From an uncultured Erysipelotrichaceae bacterium (GTDB lineage: Bacteria; Bacillota_I; Bacilli_A; Erysipelotrichales; Erysipelotrichaceae): a stretch of 9,562 nucleotides of DNA. This document shows, piece by piece, positions 1-6,405 of this stretch. The stretch covers positions 22,439 to 32,000 of the forward strand of contig CAYTET010000008.1 in assembly GCA_964436975.1 (NCBI GenBank), written 5' to 3'. The position numbers were made by a program, and so were the translations under genes. Under the pieces are notes generated by a model that did no database searches, was not told the origin of the DNA, and saw only the letters and a list, made by a program, of their open reading frames with translations. Each line of letters starts with the position of its first letter. Position 1 is the first letter of the stretch.

Positions 1-1
1 G

Positions 2-733
2 AACGACAAAATCAATTTCAAGATCCGCAAAGGCGAAATCGTCGGGATTGCCGGCGTTGAAGGAAACGGTCAGCGGGAGCTGATCAGCACCATTACCGGC
101 TTTGCCCCCGTCAGCTCAGGCAGTGTCACCATGCTGGGCAATGATATCAGCAAGATGACCATCAACCAGCTGCGCCAGAAAGGCATGGTCCATATTCCGG
201 AAGACCGGATGGAAATGGGCATCGCCCATGACATGACTATCGGTGAGAACATGATGGCTGCCAAGCTGGATGACCCCAAATATACTAAAGGCCTTTTTAC
301 CAATGAGGCTGCCATGGATGAAGATGTTGCCAAATGGATCAAGGAATATACGGTTGTCTGCGCTTCCGGCAAGCAGCGCATCGGCAATCTGTCCGGCGGC
401 AACGTGCAGAAGGTGGTTGTAGCCCGTGAATTCACCAGTTACAACGAACTGCTGATCTGCGATCAGCCGACCCGCGGCATTGATGTCGGGGCCACGGAGT
501 TTATCCGCAAGCGGCTGGTGCAGATGCGGGATGCCGGCAAGGCTATTCTGCTGGTTTCGGCCGACTTAGGCGAAATTATGAGCCTGTCGGATTCGCTGCT
601 GGTCATGTACGGCGGCCGCATCGTGGCTTATTTCCCTTCTGTGGGCAATCTGACCGAAGACGAACTGGGCTATTATATGCTGGGCTTAAAGAAGATGAGC
701 CCGGAGGAAATCGGAGGTGCTCTCCATGCCTAA
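2..733 (+). CDS. ABC transporter ATP-binding protein, C-terminal nucleotide-binding domain (5' end outside window); duplicated-NBD sugar/nucleoside importer type
   Basis: The frame is open from base 2, upstream of the listed Met at 131. It reads NDKINFKIRKGEIVGIAGVEGNGQRELISTITG, the degenerate Walker A typical of the second NBD of CUT2/BMP-type importer ATPases. LSGGNVQKVVVAREF is the ABC signature and LLICDQPTRGIDVGA is Walker B plus D-loop. Stop TAA at 731-733. It sits directly upstream of two matching permease genes. Confidence 0.85.
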   Translation, partial: NDKINFKIRKGEIVGIAGVEGNGQRELISTITGFAPVSSGSVTMLGNDISKMTINQLRQKGMVHIPEDRMEMGIAHDMTIGENMMAAKLDDPKYTKGLFTNEAAMDEDVAKWIKEYTVVCASGKQRIGNLSGGNVQKVVVAREFTSYNELLICDQPTRGIDVGATEFIRKRLVQMRDAGKAILLVSADLGEIMSLSDSLLVMYGGRIVAYFPSVGNLTEDELGYYMLGLKKMSPEEIGGALHA

Positions 734-1874
734 TAAAAAAGAAAAAAAGCCGAGCGGGCTGAGAAATTTCCTTAATTCAATCAGTGTGCAGACCCGTTAT
801 TCCGTACTGCGGATGACGGTCGCCATCCTGATCGGTCTGCTTCTGGCTACAGTATTGATTGTCACTACCGCTAAGGATCCGGGCAAGGCCCTGTATTACT
901 TCTTCTTAGCTCCGACTACGTCAATTACTTATTTCTCTTACTGGATCAATGAGGCAGAGATTCTGGCTATCATGGGCGTGGCGGTCTGCATAATGTTTTC
1001 CGCCAACCAGTTCAACCTGGGTCTGGAAGGCTCGTTCTATCTGGGCGGACTTGTTTCCTGTCTGTCCGGACTGTATCTGGTGCCTAATCTGACATTCTTC
1101 AGCCCGTTTATCTCCATTCTGCTGGCCGGTTTGGTCGGGGCCATTATCACTTTGATTCCGGCCCTGCTGAGCCATAAGTGGAAAGCTTCCGTCATGGTTT
1201 CGTCACTGATGATGAACTATCTGTGTCTGTACTTCGGAATGTTTCTGCTGTTCCAGTATTTTAAGGATCCGGCGACATCCAAGCACACCTACCAGCTGAC
1301 GGATACCGCCCAGCTGACCCACTTTGTTTCGGATACCAAGATCAATACCGGCATCTTCATTGCGGCCATTATCGTTGTTGCCGGCTGGGCTTTCCTTTAT
1401 CATACCAAGCTCGGCCACAAGCTGCGCACGGCCGGCCAGAATGCCATCTTTGCCAAATATGCCGGGCTGAATGTGGCAGCCATTGCCATCATTGCCCAGG
1501 TTGTCGGCGGCTTCATTGGCGGCGTTGGCGGAGGCGTCTATATGCTGTCCCAGTTTGAACGCTTCAACTGGACCGAACTGAAAGGCTACGGCTGGGATGG
1601 TGTCACCATCGCTATCTTTGCTCACAACAATCCCAAGTATGTTCCTATCGCCGCGCTGTTTATCGGCTACTTAAGAGCCGGTGCCACGGTTATGTCCTAT
1701 AAGGCCGGCGTTCAGACGGAATTAACGTCGGTGGTTGAAGGCATCATCATATTATTCCTGCTGGCAGAAAGATTCTTGGCCGGCACTTACCGCAAGATGA
1801 TCTTTGCGGAGGCTGACCGCAAGCGCAAAGACGCTATGCTGCAGCAGATGGCCCAGGCAAAGGAGGTCGAATAA
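726..1874 (+). CDS. ABC transporter permease (BMP-family nucleoside/simple-sugar importer, YufP/NupP-like)
   Basis: The listed ORF starts at GTG 717. I prefer ATG 726, which lies 8 nt after GGAGG (713-717) and overlaps the upstream stop by 8 nt (ATGCCTAA), suggesting translational coupling. The protein is strongly hydrophobic and multi-pass. FNLGLEGSFYLGG resembles the conserved FNIGxEG motif, and KLRTAGQNAIFAKYAGLNV resembles the cytoplasmic loop of this permease family. Confidence 0.82.
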   Translation: MPNKKEKKPSGLRNFLNSISVQTRYSVLRMTVAILIGLLLATVLIVTTAKDPGKALYYFFLAPTTSITYFSYWINEAEILAIMGVAVCIMFSANQFNLGLEGSFYLGGLVSCLSGLYLVPNLTFFSPFISILLAGLVGAIITLIPALLSHKWKASVMVSSLMMNYLCLYFGMFLLFQYFKDPATSKHTYQLTDTAQLTHFVSDTKINTGIFIAAIIVVAGWAFLYHTKLGHKLRTAGQNAIFAKYAGLNVAAIAIIAQVVGGFIGGVGGGVYMLSQFERFNWTELKGYGWDGVTIAIFAHNNPKYVPIAALFIGYLRAGATVMSYKAGVQTELTSVVEGIIILFLLAERFLAGTYRKMIFAEADRKRKDAMLQQMAQAKEVE

Positions 1875-1877
1875 GTT

Positions 1878-2882
1878 ATGTCAACCCTTGATACTTTGCT
1901 GAGTATATTTACCAACGTTACGTTCTATTATGCGATTTTCCGGGTTACCGCCCCGATTCTGTATGCCACTATCGGCTGTGCCGTCGCTGAAAAAGCCAAG
2001 TGCACCAATATGGGCATGGAAGGCATCATGCTTATCTCCGCCTGGACCGCCGTTATGGTTTCGGCTAAGATTGGCATTCCTTTATGCGGCAATTTCTGGG
2101 GACCGTTTATCGGTCTGCTGGGAGCTGTCATTGCCGGAACCGTCATGGGTCTGGTGGTTGCTTTCTTCGCTTTGAAACTTAAAGTCGATATCATTCTGGT
2201 CGGCATTGCCACCAATCTGATCGGCACCGGCGCCACGGCGTTCTTCATGTATGTCATTACCGGCGACCGGGCCACGACTACTTCCCTGCAGTCAGGTACG
2301 CTGCCGGCGCTGTCTATTCCGCTGCTCAAGGATATCCCGGTTATCGGCGAGATCCTGTCTAACCAGAATATTCTGACCTACTTCTCCTGGATTGTGGTCT
2401 TTATCATCGCCTTTATGATGTACAAGACCAAGCTGGGTCTGCGGATTAGAGCCGTCGGGGAAAACCCGGATGCGGCTTCTTCGGTCGGCATTTCGGTAAA
2501 CAAGATCAAAACAACGGCCCTGGGCATCTCCGGATGCATCGGCGGCTTTGGCGGAGCTTTCATGAGTCTGGTTTATCTGTCTTATTTCTCATCCAGCATT
2601 ACTGCTGGCCGCGGCTTCATTGCTCTGGCGGCCTGCGCCATGGGCAATGCAGAGCCGATAAGCTGTGCTCTGACCGCCCTGCTGTTTGGCTTCTTCTATG
2701 ATCTGGCCAACTATGCTTCTTCAACGCAGATTCCTTCCCAGCTGGTAGCGGCGATTCCTTATCTGGCCACTATCATCGGCCTGGTCATCTACTCTATCCG
2801 CCGGACGGCCCGTGAAAAACGGCTGCTGATGGGCGAGCAGAAGGAAATCGAAGTTAAAGACGAACCGACCAGCCAAGGTTAA
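1878..2882 (+). CDS. ABC transporter permease (BMP-family nucleoside/simple-sugar importer, YufQ/NupQ-like)
   Basis: ATG 1878 lies 3 nt after the upstream stop (1872-1874), with GGAGG at 1862-1866. The protein is hydrophobic and multi-pass. LRIRAVGENPDAASSVGISV is the typical conserved cytoplasmic loop of this permease family. This is the second permease of the usual ATPase-permease-permease order. Confidence 0.82.
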   Translation: MSTLDTLLSIFTNVTFYYAIFRVTAPILYATIGCAVAEKAKCTNMGMEGIMLISAWTAVMVSAKIGIPLCGNFWGPFIGLLGAVIAGTVMGLVVAFFALKLKVDIILVGIATNLIGTGATAFFMYVITGDRATTTSLQSGTLPALSIPLLKDIPVIGEILSNQNILTYFSWIVVFIIAFMMYKTKLGLRIRAVGENPDAASSVGISVNKIKTTALGISGCIGGFGGAFMSLVYLSYFSSSITAGRGFIALAACAMGNAEPISCALTALLFGFFYDLANYASSTQIPSQLVAAIPYLATIIGLVIYSIRRTAREKRLLMGEQKEIEVKDEPTSQG

Positions 2883-2892
2883 CTGATTAAAC

Positions 2893-2922
2893 AAAACTGA
2901 AGCTATGCGGCTTCAGTTTTTT
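2893..2922 (+). terminator. Candidate rho-independent terminator or attenuating hairpin between the permease and hydrolase genes
   Basis: CTGAAGC (2897-2903) pairs with GCTTCAG (2910-2916) around the 6-nt loop TATGCG, followed by T6 (2917-2922). The upstream AAAA (2893-2896) can extend the stem. The stem is short and only moderately GC-rich. Confidence 0.5.
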
Positions 2923-2936
2923 AAAGGAGGATCGCA

Positions 2937-3887
2937 ATGATTCACAGAATACCTGTCATCTTGGACGGTGATCCCGGCCATGATGATGCCATTGCCTGGG
3001 TTTTAGCCTGTCAGGCCCCCCAGCTGGATATCAAAGCTGTCATCGCTGTCAGCGGCAATGTCGGCCTGGACAAGACGCTTTATAATTCGCAGCGGATTCT
3101 GACGCTGTTAAACCGGACCGATATTCCGGTGGGAAAGGGAGCCGGCTGTGCCTTAGACGGCTCAATCGTTACCGCTCCCAATATTCACGGCGTATCCGGC
3201 CTGGACGGACCGGCCATGCCTGAACCGGGCCAGCCGGCGGCTCCGGCGGCCGGCATCGAACTGATGGCCGAAGTGCTGCAGCAGTCCGCTGAGCCGGTGA
3301 CCATAGTTGCCACCGGACCGCTGACGGATGTGGCCATTCTGCTGATGAGCTATCCGCAGCTGAAAAACAAGATTGCCAAAATTTCACTGATGGGCGGCGG
3401 GATTCAGACCGGCAACTGGACGCCGGCCGCGGAGTTTAACATCCTGATTGATCCGCAGGCCGCTTATGCCGTCTTTCATTCCGGCATTCCTATTGTCATG
3501 ATGCCGCTGGATACCACTGAAAAAGCCTATGTTACCCCGGATGATTTTAACCGGATCAACCAGCTGTCCAATCCGGTTAGCACCATTGTCTATGAATGGC
3601 TGAAGTTTTTCTACAAATTCCATCAGACGCTGGGCTACCCCGGCGCCCCGCTGCACGACCCCTGTGCGGTGGGCTATCTGTTGAAGCCGGAGCTGTTTGT
3701 TACTAAAGAGATGTATGTCGATATTGAGCGGGGCGGCAAGTACTGCCGCGGCAAGACCGTCGGCGATTACTACAACAAATCCCACCAGCCGCCTAATGCG
3801 GTCGTGTCTTTGAATCTCAACCGGGCCGGATTTGTGGATATGATTGTGGAAGCCTGTGCAAGCTATGGAGGAGGCAGTCATGACTGA
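2937..3887 (+). CDS. Nucleoside hydrolase, IUNH (inosine-uridine preferring) family, paralog 1
   Basis: AAAGGAGG (2923-2930) lies 6 nt before ATG 2937. The N-terminal ILDGDPGHDDAIAW matches the DxDxxxDD calcium/ribose-binding fingerprint. IHGVSGLDG, ATGPLTDVA, TPAAEFNILIDPQAA and LHDPCAV are the other conserved blocks of the family. 316 aa is a typical length. Confidence 0.9.
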   Translation: MIHRIPVILDGDPGHDDAIAWVLACQAPQLDIKAVIAVSGNVGLDKTLYNSQRILTLLNRTDIPVGKGAGCALDGSIVTAPNIHGVSGLDGPAMPEPGQPAAPAAGIELMAEVLQQSAEPVTIVATGPLTDVAILLMSYPQLKNKIAKISLMGGGIQTGNWTPAAEFNILIDPQAAYAVFHSGIPIVMMPLDTTEKAYVTPDDFNRINQLSNPVSTIVYEWLKFFYKFHQTLGYPGAPLHDPCAVGYLLKPELFVTKEMYVDIERGGKYCRGKTVGDYYNKSHQPPNAVVSLNLNRAGFVDMIVEACASYGGGSHD

Positions 3888-4815
3888 AAAACAAAAAGCA
3901 ATAATTGACTGCGATCCGGGCGTTGATGATATCTTTGCCCTGACCATTGCCCGCCAGATGCCGGAGCTGGATATTCTGGCCATTACGGCGGTAGCCGGCA
4001 ATGTGGAGCTGAAGTATACCGGGCCCAATGCCCTTAAGACAGCTGCTTTCATCGGGCTGGATGTGCCGGTGGCCCTGGGGGCCGCCCAGCCCCTCAACCA
4101 GCCGCTGCATACGGCGGCCGAGGTCCACGGCGTCAATGGCATGCTGGGTCTGGATCTGCCGGATTCCGGCAAGTCATATGATCCCCGGCCGGCCTGGGAG
4201 CTGATCTACCAGCTGGCCCGCCAGAATCCCGGCCAGATTACCCTGATTGCAACCGGACCGTTTACCAATGTAGCGACGGCCTGCCTGCTTCATCCGGATA
4301 TTAAGGACTATCTGAAGCGGATTGTGGTAATGGGCGGAGCCTTCTTTGCCGGCAATACCACGCCGGCTACCGAATTCAATGTCTTTGTGGATCCGGAAGC
4401 CTGTGAGATAATGCTGCACAGCGGCATACCGGTTTACATGTGCCCGCTGGATGTTACCCATAAAGCCTACATCACTCCGCAGGAAGCGGAGCAGATCGGC
4501 CGGCTGAACAATCCGCAGGCCGAATTAATCTACAAGATGTCGCTGCGGTCCAATGCCCTGTCGGTATATTCAGAAAACCGCGGCATTCCGCAGCATGATC
4601 CCTGTGCGGTGATGTTTGCCGTCCATCCGGAAATGTTTGTCTACCAGCAGTGCTCTATTGTCTGTGAGACCGAAGGGCTGATCTGCCGGGGCGCTACGGT
4701 TACCGATGAATTCTCCGATAAGCAGATGGGTTTGAATAACGGCTATCTGGTCTATGACATTGACCGGCCGGCGTTTGTGGCTAAAATCATGGAACTGCTG
4801 GCCTGTTATAATTAG
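3880..4815 (+). CDS. Nucleoside hydrolase, IUNH family, paralog 2
   Basis: The listed ORF starts at 3844. I prefer ATG 3880, which lies 5 nt after GGAGGAGG (3867-3874). This places the DxDxxxDD fingerprint (IIDCDPGVDD) at the usual distance from the N-terminus. The start overlaps the paralog 1 stop (3885-3887) by 8 nt. Conserved blocks are VHGVNGMLG, ATGPFTNVA, TPATEFNVFVDPEA and QHDPCAV. Confidence 0.88.
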   Translation: MTEKQKAIIDCDPGVDDIFALTIARQMPELDILAITAVAGNVELKYTGPNALKTAAFIGLDVPVALGAAQPLNQPLHTAAEVHGVNGMLGLDLPDSGKSYDPRPAWELIYQLARQNPGQITLIATGPFTNVATACLLHPDIKDYLKRIVVMGGAFFAGNTTPATEFNVFVDPEACEIMLHSGIPVYMCPLDVTHKAYITPQEAEQIGRLNNPQAELIYKMSLRSNALSVYSENRGIPQHDPCAVMFAVHPEMFVYQQCSIVCETEGLICRGATVTDEFSDKQMGLNNGYLVYDIDRPAFVAKIMELLACYN

Positions 4816-4863
4816 GCGGCCGGCTGCCGCTATCAAACAGCGAAGGTACAATTGAACAAGAAA

Positions 4864-4909
4864 AAAGCAGCATCGCTGAAAGAAAAATAATGATGCTGCT
4901 TTGTTTATT
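4864..4909 (+). terminator. Rho-independent terminator closing the transporter/hydrolase operon
   Basis: AAAGCAGCATC (4864-4874) pairs with GATGCTGCTTT (4892-4902), an 11-bp stem around a 17-nt A-rich loop. A T-rich tail TTGTTTATT runs to 4909. It begins 49 nt after the hydrolase stop at 4813-4815. Confidence 0.55.
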
Positions 4910-4934
4910 GCCGGACAGAAGGAAGAGGAAACCT

Positions 4935-5685
4935 ATGAAGCGGGACGAATCAACAAGAGCATGGAATGAAATGGGTGAGGAATGGATCAGGCTGGCTTTA
5001 CAGGATGAAAGCCGGCTGCAGTTTATCATGCCTTACATGCTGCAGCTGATGGGAAAGGTAAATGACAGGACGATTCTGGATCTGGGCTGCGGTGAAGGCG
5101 GCTACGCCATTGAACTGGCTAAAAGAGGGGCCGTCGTAACAGGAGCTGACGGCAGCACCGCCGCTATTGCCTATGCCCAAAAGACGGCCTTACAGCAGCA
5201 GCTGCCGGTAACCTTTATGCTGGCCAACAGCTGTGACTTAGCTTCTGTTGGCGCGGAAAGTTTTGATATCGTGCTCTGTTCCATGATGCTGATGGACTGT
5301 TCGGATCTGGCGGGCACGGTAAAAGAAGCGGCCCGCGTTTTGAAACCGGGCGGCCGGATGTATGCCAGTGTGCTCCATCCCTGTTTTGACGGCAACCATC
5401 AGATCGGCATCGGCCGGCAGGGTGAAGGCATCGACCGGCAGGTCGTGGTCAAAAAATTACTTTGAGCCGGCCCAGTGGCCGGCCCCGCTTTATGGCGGCG
5501 AAACGCCGGTCTTATGGCATCACCGCACCCTGCAGGATTATGTCAAAGCTTTTGTTAAGGCCAATCTTATAATCGAAGACCTTAATGAGCCCCAGCCGAC
5601 GGATGAGCAGGCCGGTTTGTCTGTCCAGATGGCCTGGCTACAGAAAATACCGCTGTATCTGTACTGGACAGTGCGAAAGCTGTAA
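4935..5685 (+). pseudogene. Class I SAM-dependent methyltransferase, interrupted by a +1-nt frameshift in an A6 run (or an assembly error)
   Basis: ATG 4935 lies 6 nt after AGAGG; the ATG at 4890 sits inside the upstream terminator loop. Motif I is ILDLGCGEGGY, post-I is VTGADGS, followed by FDIVLCSMMLMD and LKPGGRMYASVLHPCF. The frame stops at 5463-5465, and the family-typical C-terminus (NYFEP...WHHRTLQDYVKAFVKANLIIEDLNEP) continues in the +1 frame to 5685. The span is 751 nt (3n+1). Deleting one A from 5451-5456 gives a continuous 249-aa protein. Confidence 0.65.
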
Positions 5686-5707
5686 AAAAAGAGTCATGAT
5701 GACTCTT
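5684..5707 (-). terminator. Rho-independent terminator for the minus-strand flavin reductase gene; the hairpin is shared with the convergent methyltransferase gene
   Basis: Perfect inverted repeat AAGAGTCAT (5689-5697) / ATGACTCTT (5699-5707). On the minus strand the hairpin is followed by a run of about 7 T (complement of the A run 5684-5690). On the plus strand no T tract follows, so it is strong only for minus-strand transcription. Confidence 0.6.
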
Positions 5708-5741
5708 GGTAAAACTAATAATCAAAAACAGTTAGAAAGAC

Positions 5742-6245
5742 CTACTGCAGATAGCTGGCCATAATCTGACCGACATAGACCGTATGGAAGTTATCGGTAG
5801 CGGCATAGCGCTTCTGGTATATGACCGGATCGAGCAGTTCTTTAGTTGTCTGGTAACGGGCAATGACATGGCATTCATAGACCATGCCCTGACAGGCCAC
5901 ATGCGGAGTAGCAATCGCTACGCCGGAATTCATCGGCACTATTTTATTATCGGTCTTTTTAATAATCCGGCCGGACTGGGTGCCGACCAGTTTCAGCAGC
6001 TCTTTCTGATCATCATAGGGCACGGTGACGGTAAAAGTATCAAAGCGGTCGAAGAAATCATGGGTATAGCGGCTTTTGGCCACCAGAACGGTAAAGCAGG
6101 GCTGACTCCAGTTGATGCCGATATTGCCCCAGCCGATGGTCATGGTATTATACGCGACGGCATCGCCGCAGGTCAGAAACAGACCGGCCGGGTAGAGCAG
6201 ATGCAGATTCTTTTCAGCATTATAATCGAATGCGACATTTTCCAT
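5742..6245 (-). CDS. Flavin reductase-like (FMN-binding split-barrel) family protein
   Basis: The listed ORF extends to 6296. I prefer the ATG at 6245-6243, preceded on the minus strand by GGAGG (complement of 6253-6257) with a 7-nt spacer. YNTMTIGWGNIGINWSQPCFTVLVAKSRYTHDFF...FTVTV...GTQSGR...YECHV matches the conserved pattern of flavin reductase domain proteins (NTMTxSWG...W..P...V.VRxSRYT). Stop TAG at 5744-5742. Confidence 0.72.
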   Translation of the reverse strand: MENVAFDYNAEKNLHLLYPAGLFLTCGDAVAYNTMTIGWGNIGINWSQPCFTVLVAKSRYTHDFFDRFDTFTVTVPYDDQKELLKLVGTQSGRIIKKTDNKIVPMNSGVAIATPHVACQGMVYECHVIARYQTTKELLDPVIYQKRYAATDNFHTVYVGQIMASYLQ

Positions 6246-6267
6246 ATAAAGGCCTCCAATTAACATT

Positions 6268-6273
6268 ATTATA
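6268..6273 (-). promoter_or_regulatory. Candidate -10 box for the flavin reductase gene
   Basis: A perfect TATAAT on the minus strand (complement of ATTATA 6268-6273), about 22 nt upstream of the start codon. No convincing -35 lies at 17-18 nt (GTGGAA), so support is weak. Confidence 0.25.
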
Positions 6274-6347
6274 ACGGAATAAAATAATCTTTCCACAGGC
6301 GGCCCGACTGCCGGCCGGTAATATTGCCGTAAGGGGATGATGCCCTG

Positions 6348-6376
6348 TTGCAGTAAAGCCGGTAAAGGGCTAAAAT
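6348..6376 (+). promoter_or_regulatory. Candidate sigma-70/sigma-A promoter for the MATE transporter gene
   Basis: TTGCAG (6348-6353), a 17-nt spacer, then TAAAAT (6371-6376). The predicted start near 6383 leaves a short leader containing GGAAAGAGG (6395-6403) before ATG 6406/6409. Confidence 0.4.
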
Positions 6377-6405
6377 AGGCGTATTATCGGCGCAGGAAAG
6401 AGGCA

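Noticed and set aside
70-2563. Antisense ORFs inside the ABC ATPase and permease genes (70-435, 921-1175, 1203-1625, 1928-2329, 2378-2563 on the minus strand; 1930-2175 in an alternative plus frame)
   Set aside because: All are embedded in well-supported transporter CDSs. Their compositions are typical of off-frame or antisense translation, with no start context.
3844-3879. N-terminal extensions offered by the ORF track (3844 for hydrolase 2, 4890 for the methyltransferase, 6296 for the flavin reductase, GTG 717 for permease 1)
   Set aside because: In each case a downstream ATG has a properly spaced GGAGG-type RBS and gives a family-typical N-terminus. The 4890 start lies inside the terminator hairpin loop.
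3384-4172. A 262-aa minus-strand ORF spanning the junction of the two hydrolase genes, plus the nested ORFs 3817-4128 and 3169-3387
   Set aside because: It is fully antisense to two CDSs with strong family motifs. The translation is Arg/Ala/Gly/Ser-rich and low in complexity, as expected from the reverse complement of GC-biased codons. There is no RBS and no recognisable motif.
2937-4815. The hydrolase pair as a nucleotide-depleting defence or toxin module
   Set aside because: The genes are co-oriented and tightly linked with a nucleoside-type ABC importer. No sensor, nuclease, NTPase or mobile-element gene is nearby. Salvage or catabolism is the parsimonious reading.
4816-4830. The GC hairpin GCGGC-CGGCT-GCCGC immediately after the hydrolase 2 stop codon
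   Set aside because: The stem is only 5 bp and no T tract follows. The convincing terminator lies about 35 nt further downstream.
5445-5465. Programmed ribosomal frameshifting as the explanation for the split methyltransferase
   Set aside because: There is no slippery heptamer plus downstream structure context, and no known precedent in this enzyme family. A homopolymer indel or sequencing error is far more parsimonious.
5967-5980. The 14-nt exact repeat CCGGCCGGACTGGG, also at about 8674-8687, and frequent GGCCGGCC-like palindromes across the window
   Set aside because: A single 14-mer coincidence is expected by chance in 9.5 kb with this codon bias (CCG, GGC, GCC and CGG codons). The copies lie inside unrelated CDSs with no flanking similarity.
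5784-6263. A 159-aa plus-strand ORF opposite the flavin reductase gene
   Set aside because: The minus-strand frame carries the recognisable flavin-reductase pattern, a GGAGG RBS and a matching terminator. The plus-strand product has no motif and no RBS.
6337-6378. A 13-codon mini-ORF (MMPCCSKAGKGLK) in the flavin reductase/MATE intergenic region, as a possible leader peptide
   Set aside because: The purine-rich stretch abuts the ATG with essentially no spacer. The ORF overlaps the candidate promoter, so it would lie upstream of the predicted transcript start. No attenuator structure follows.
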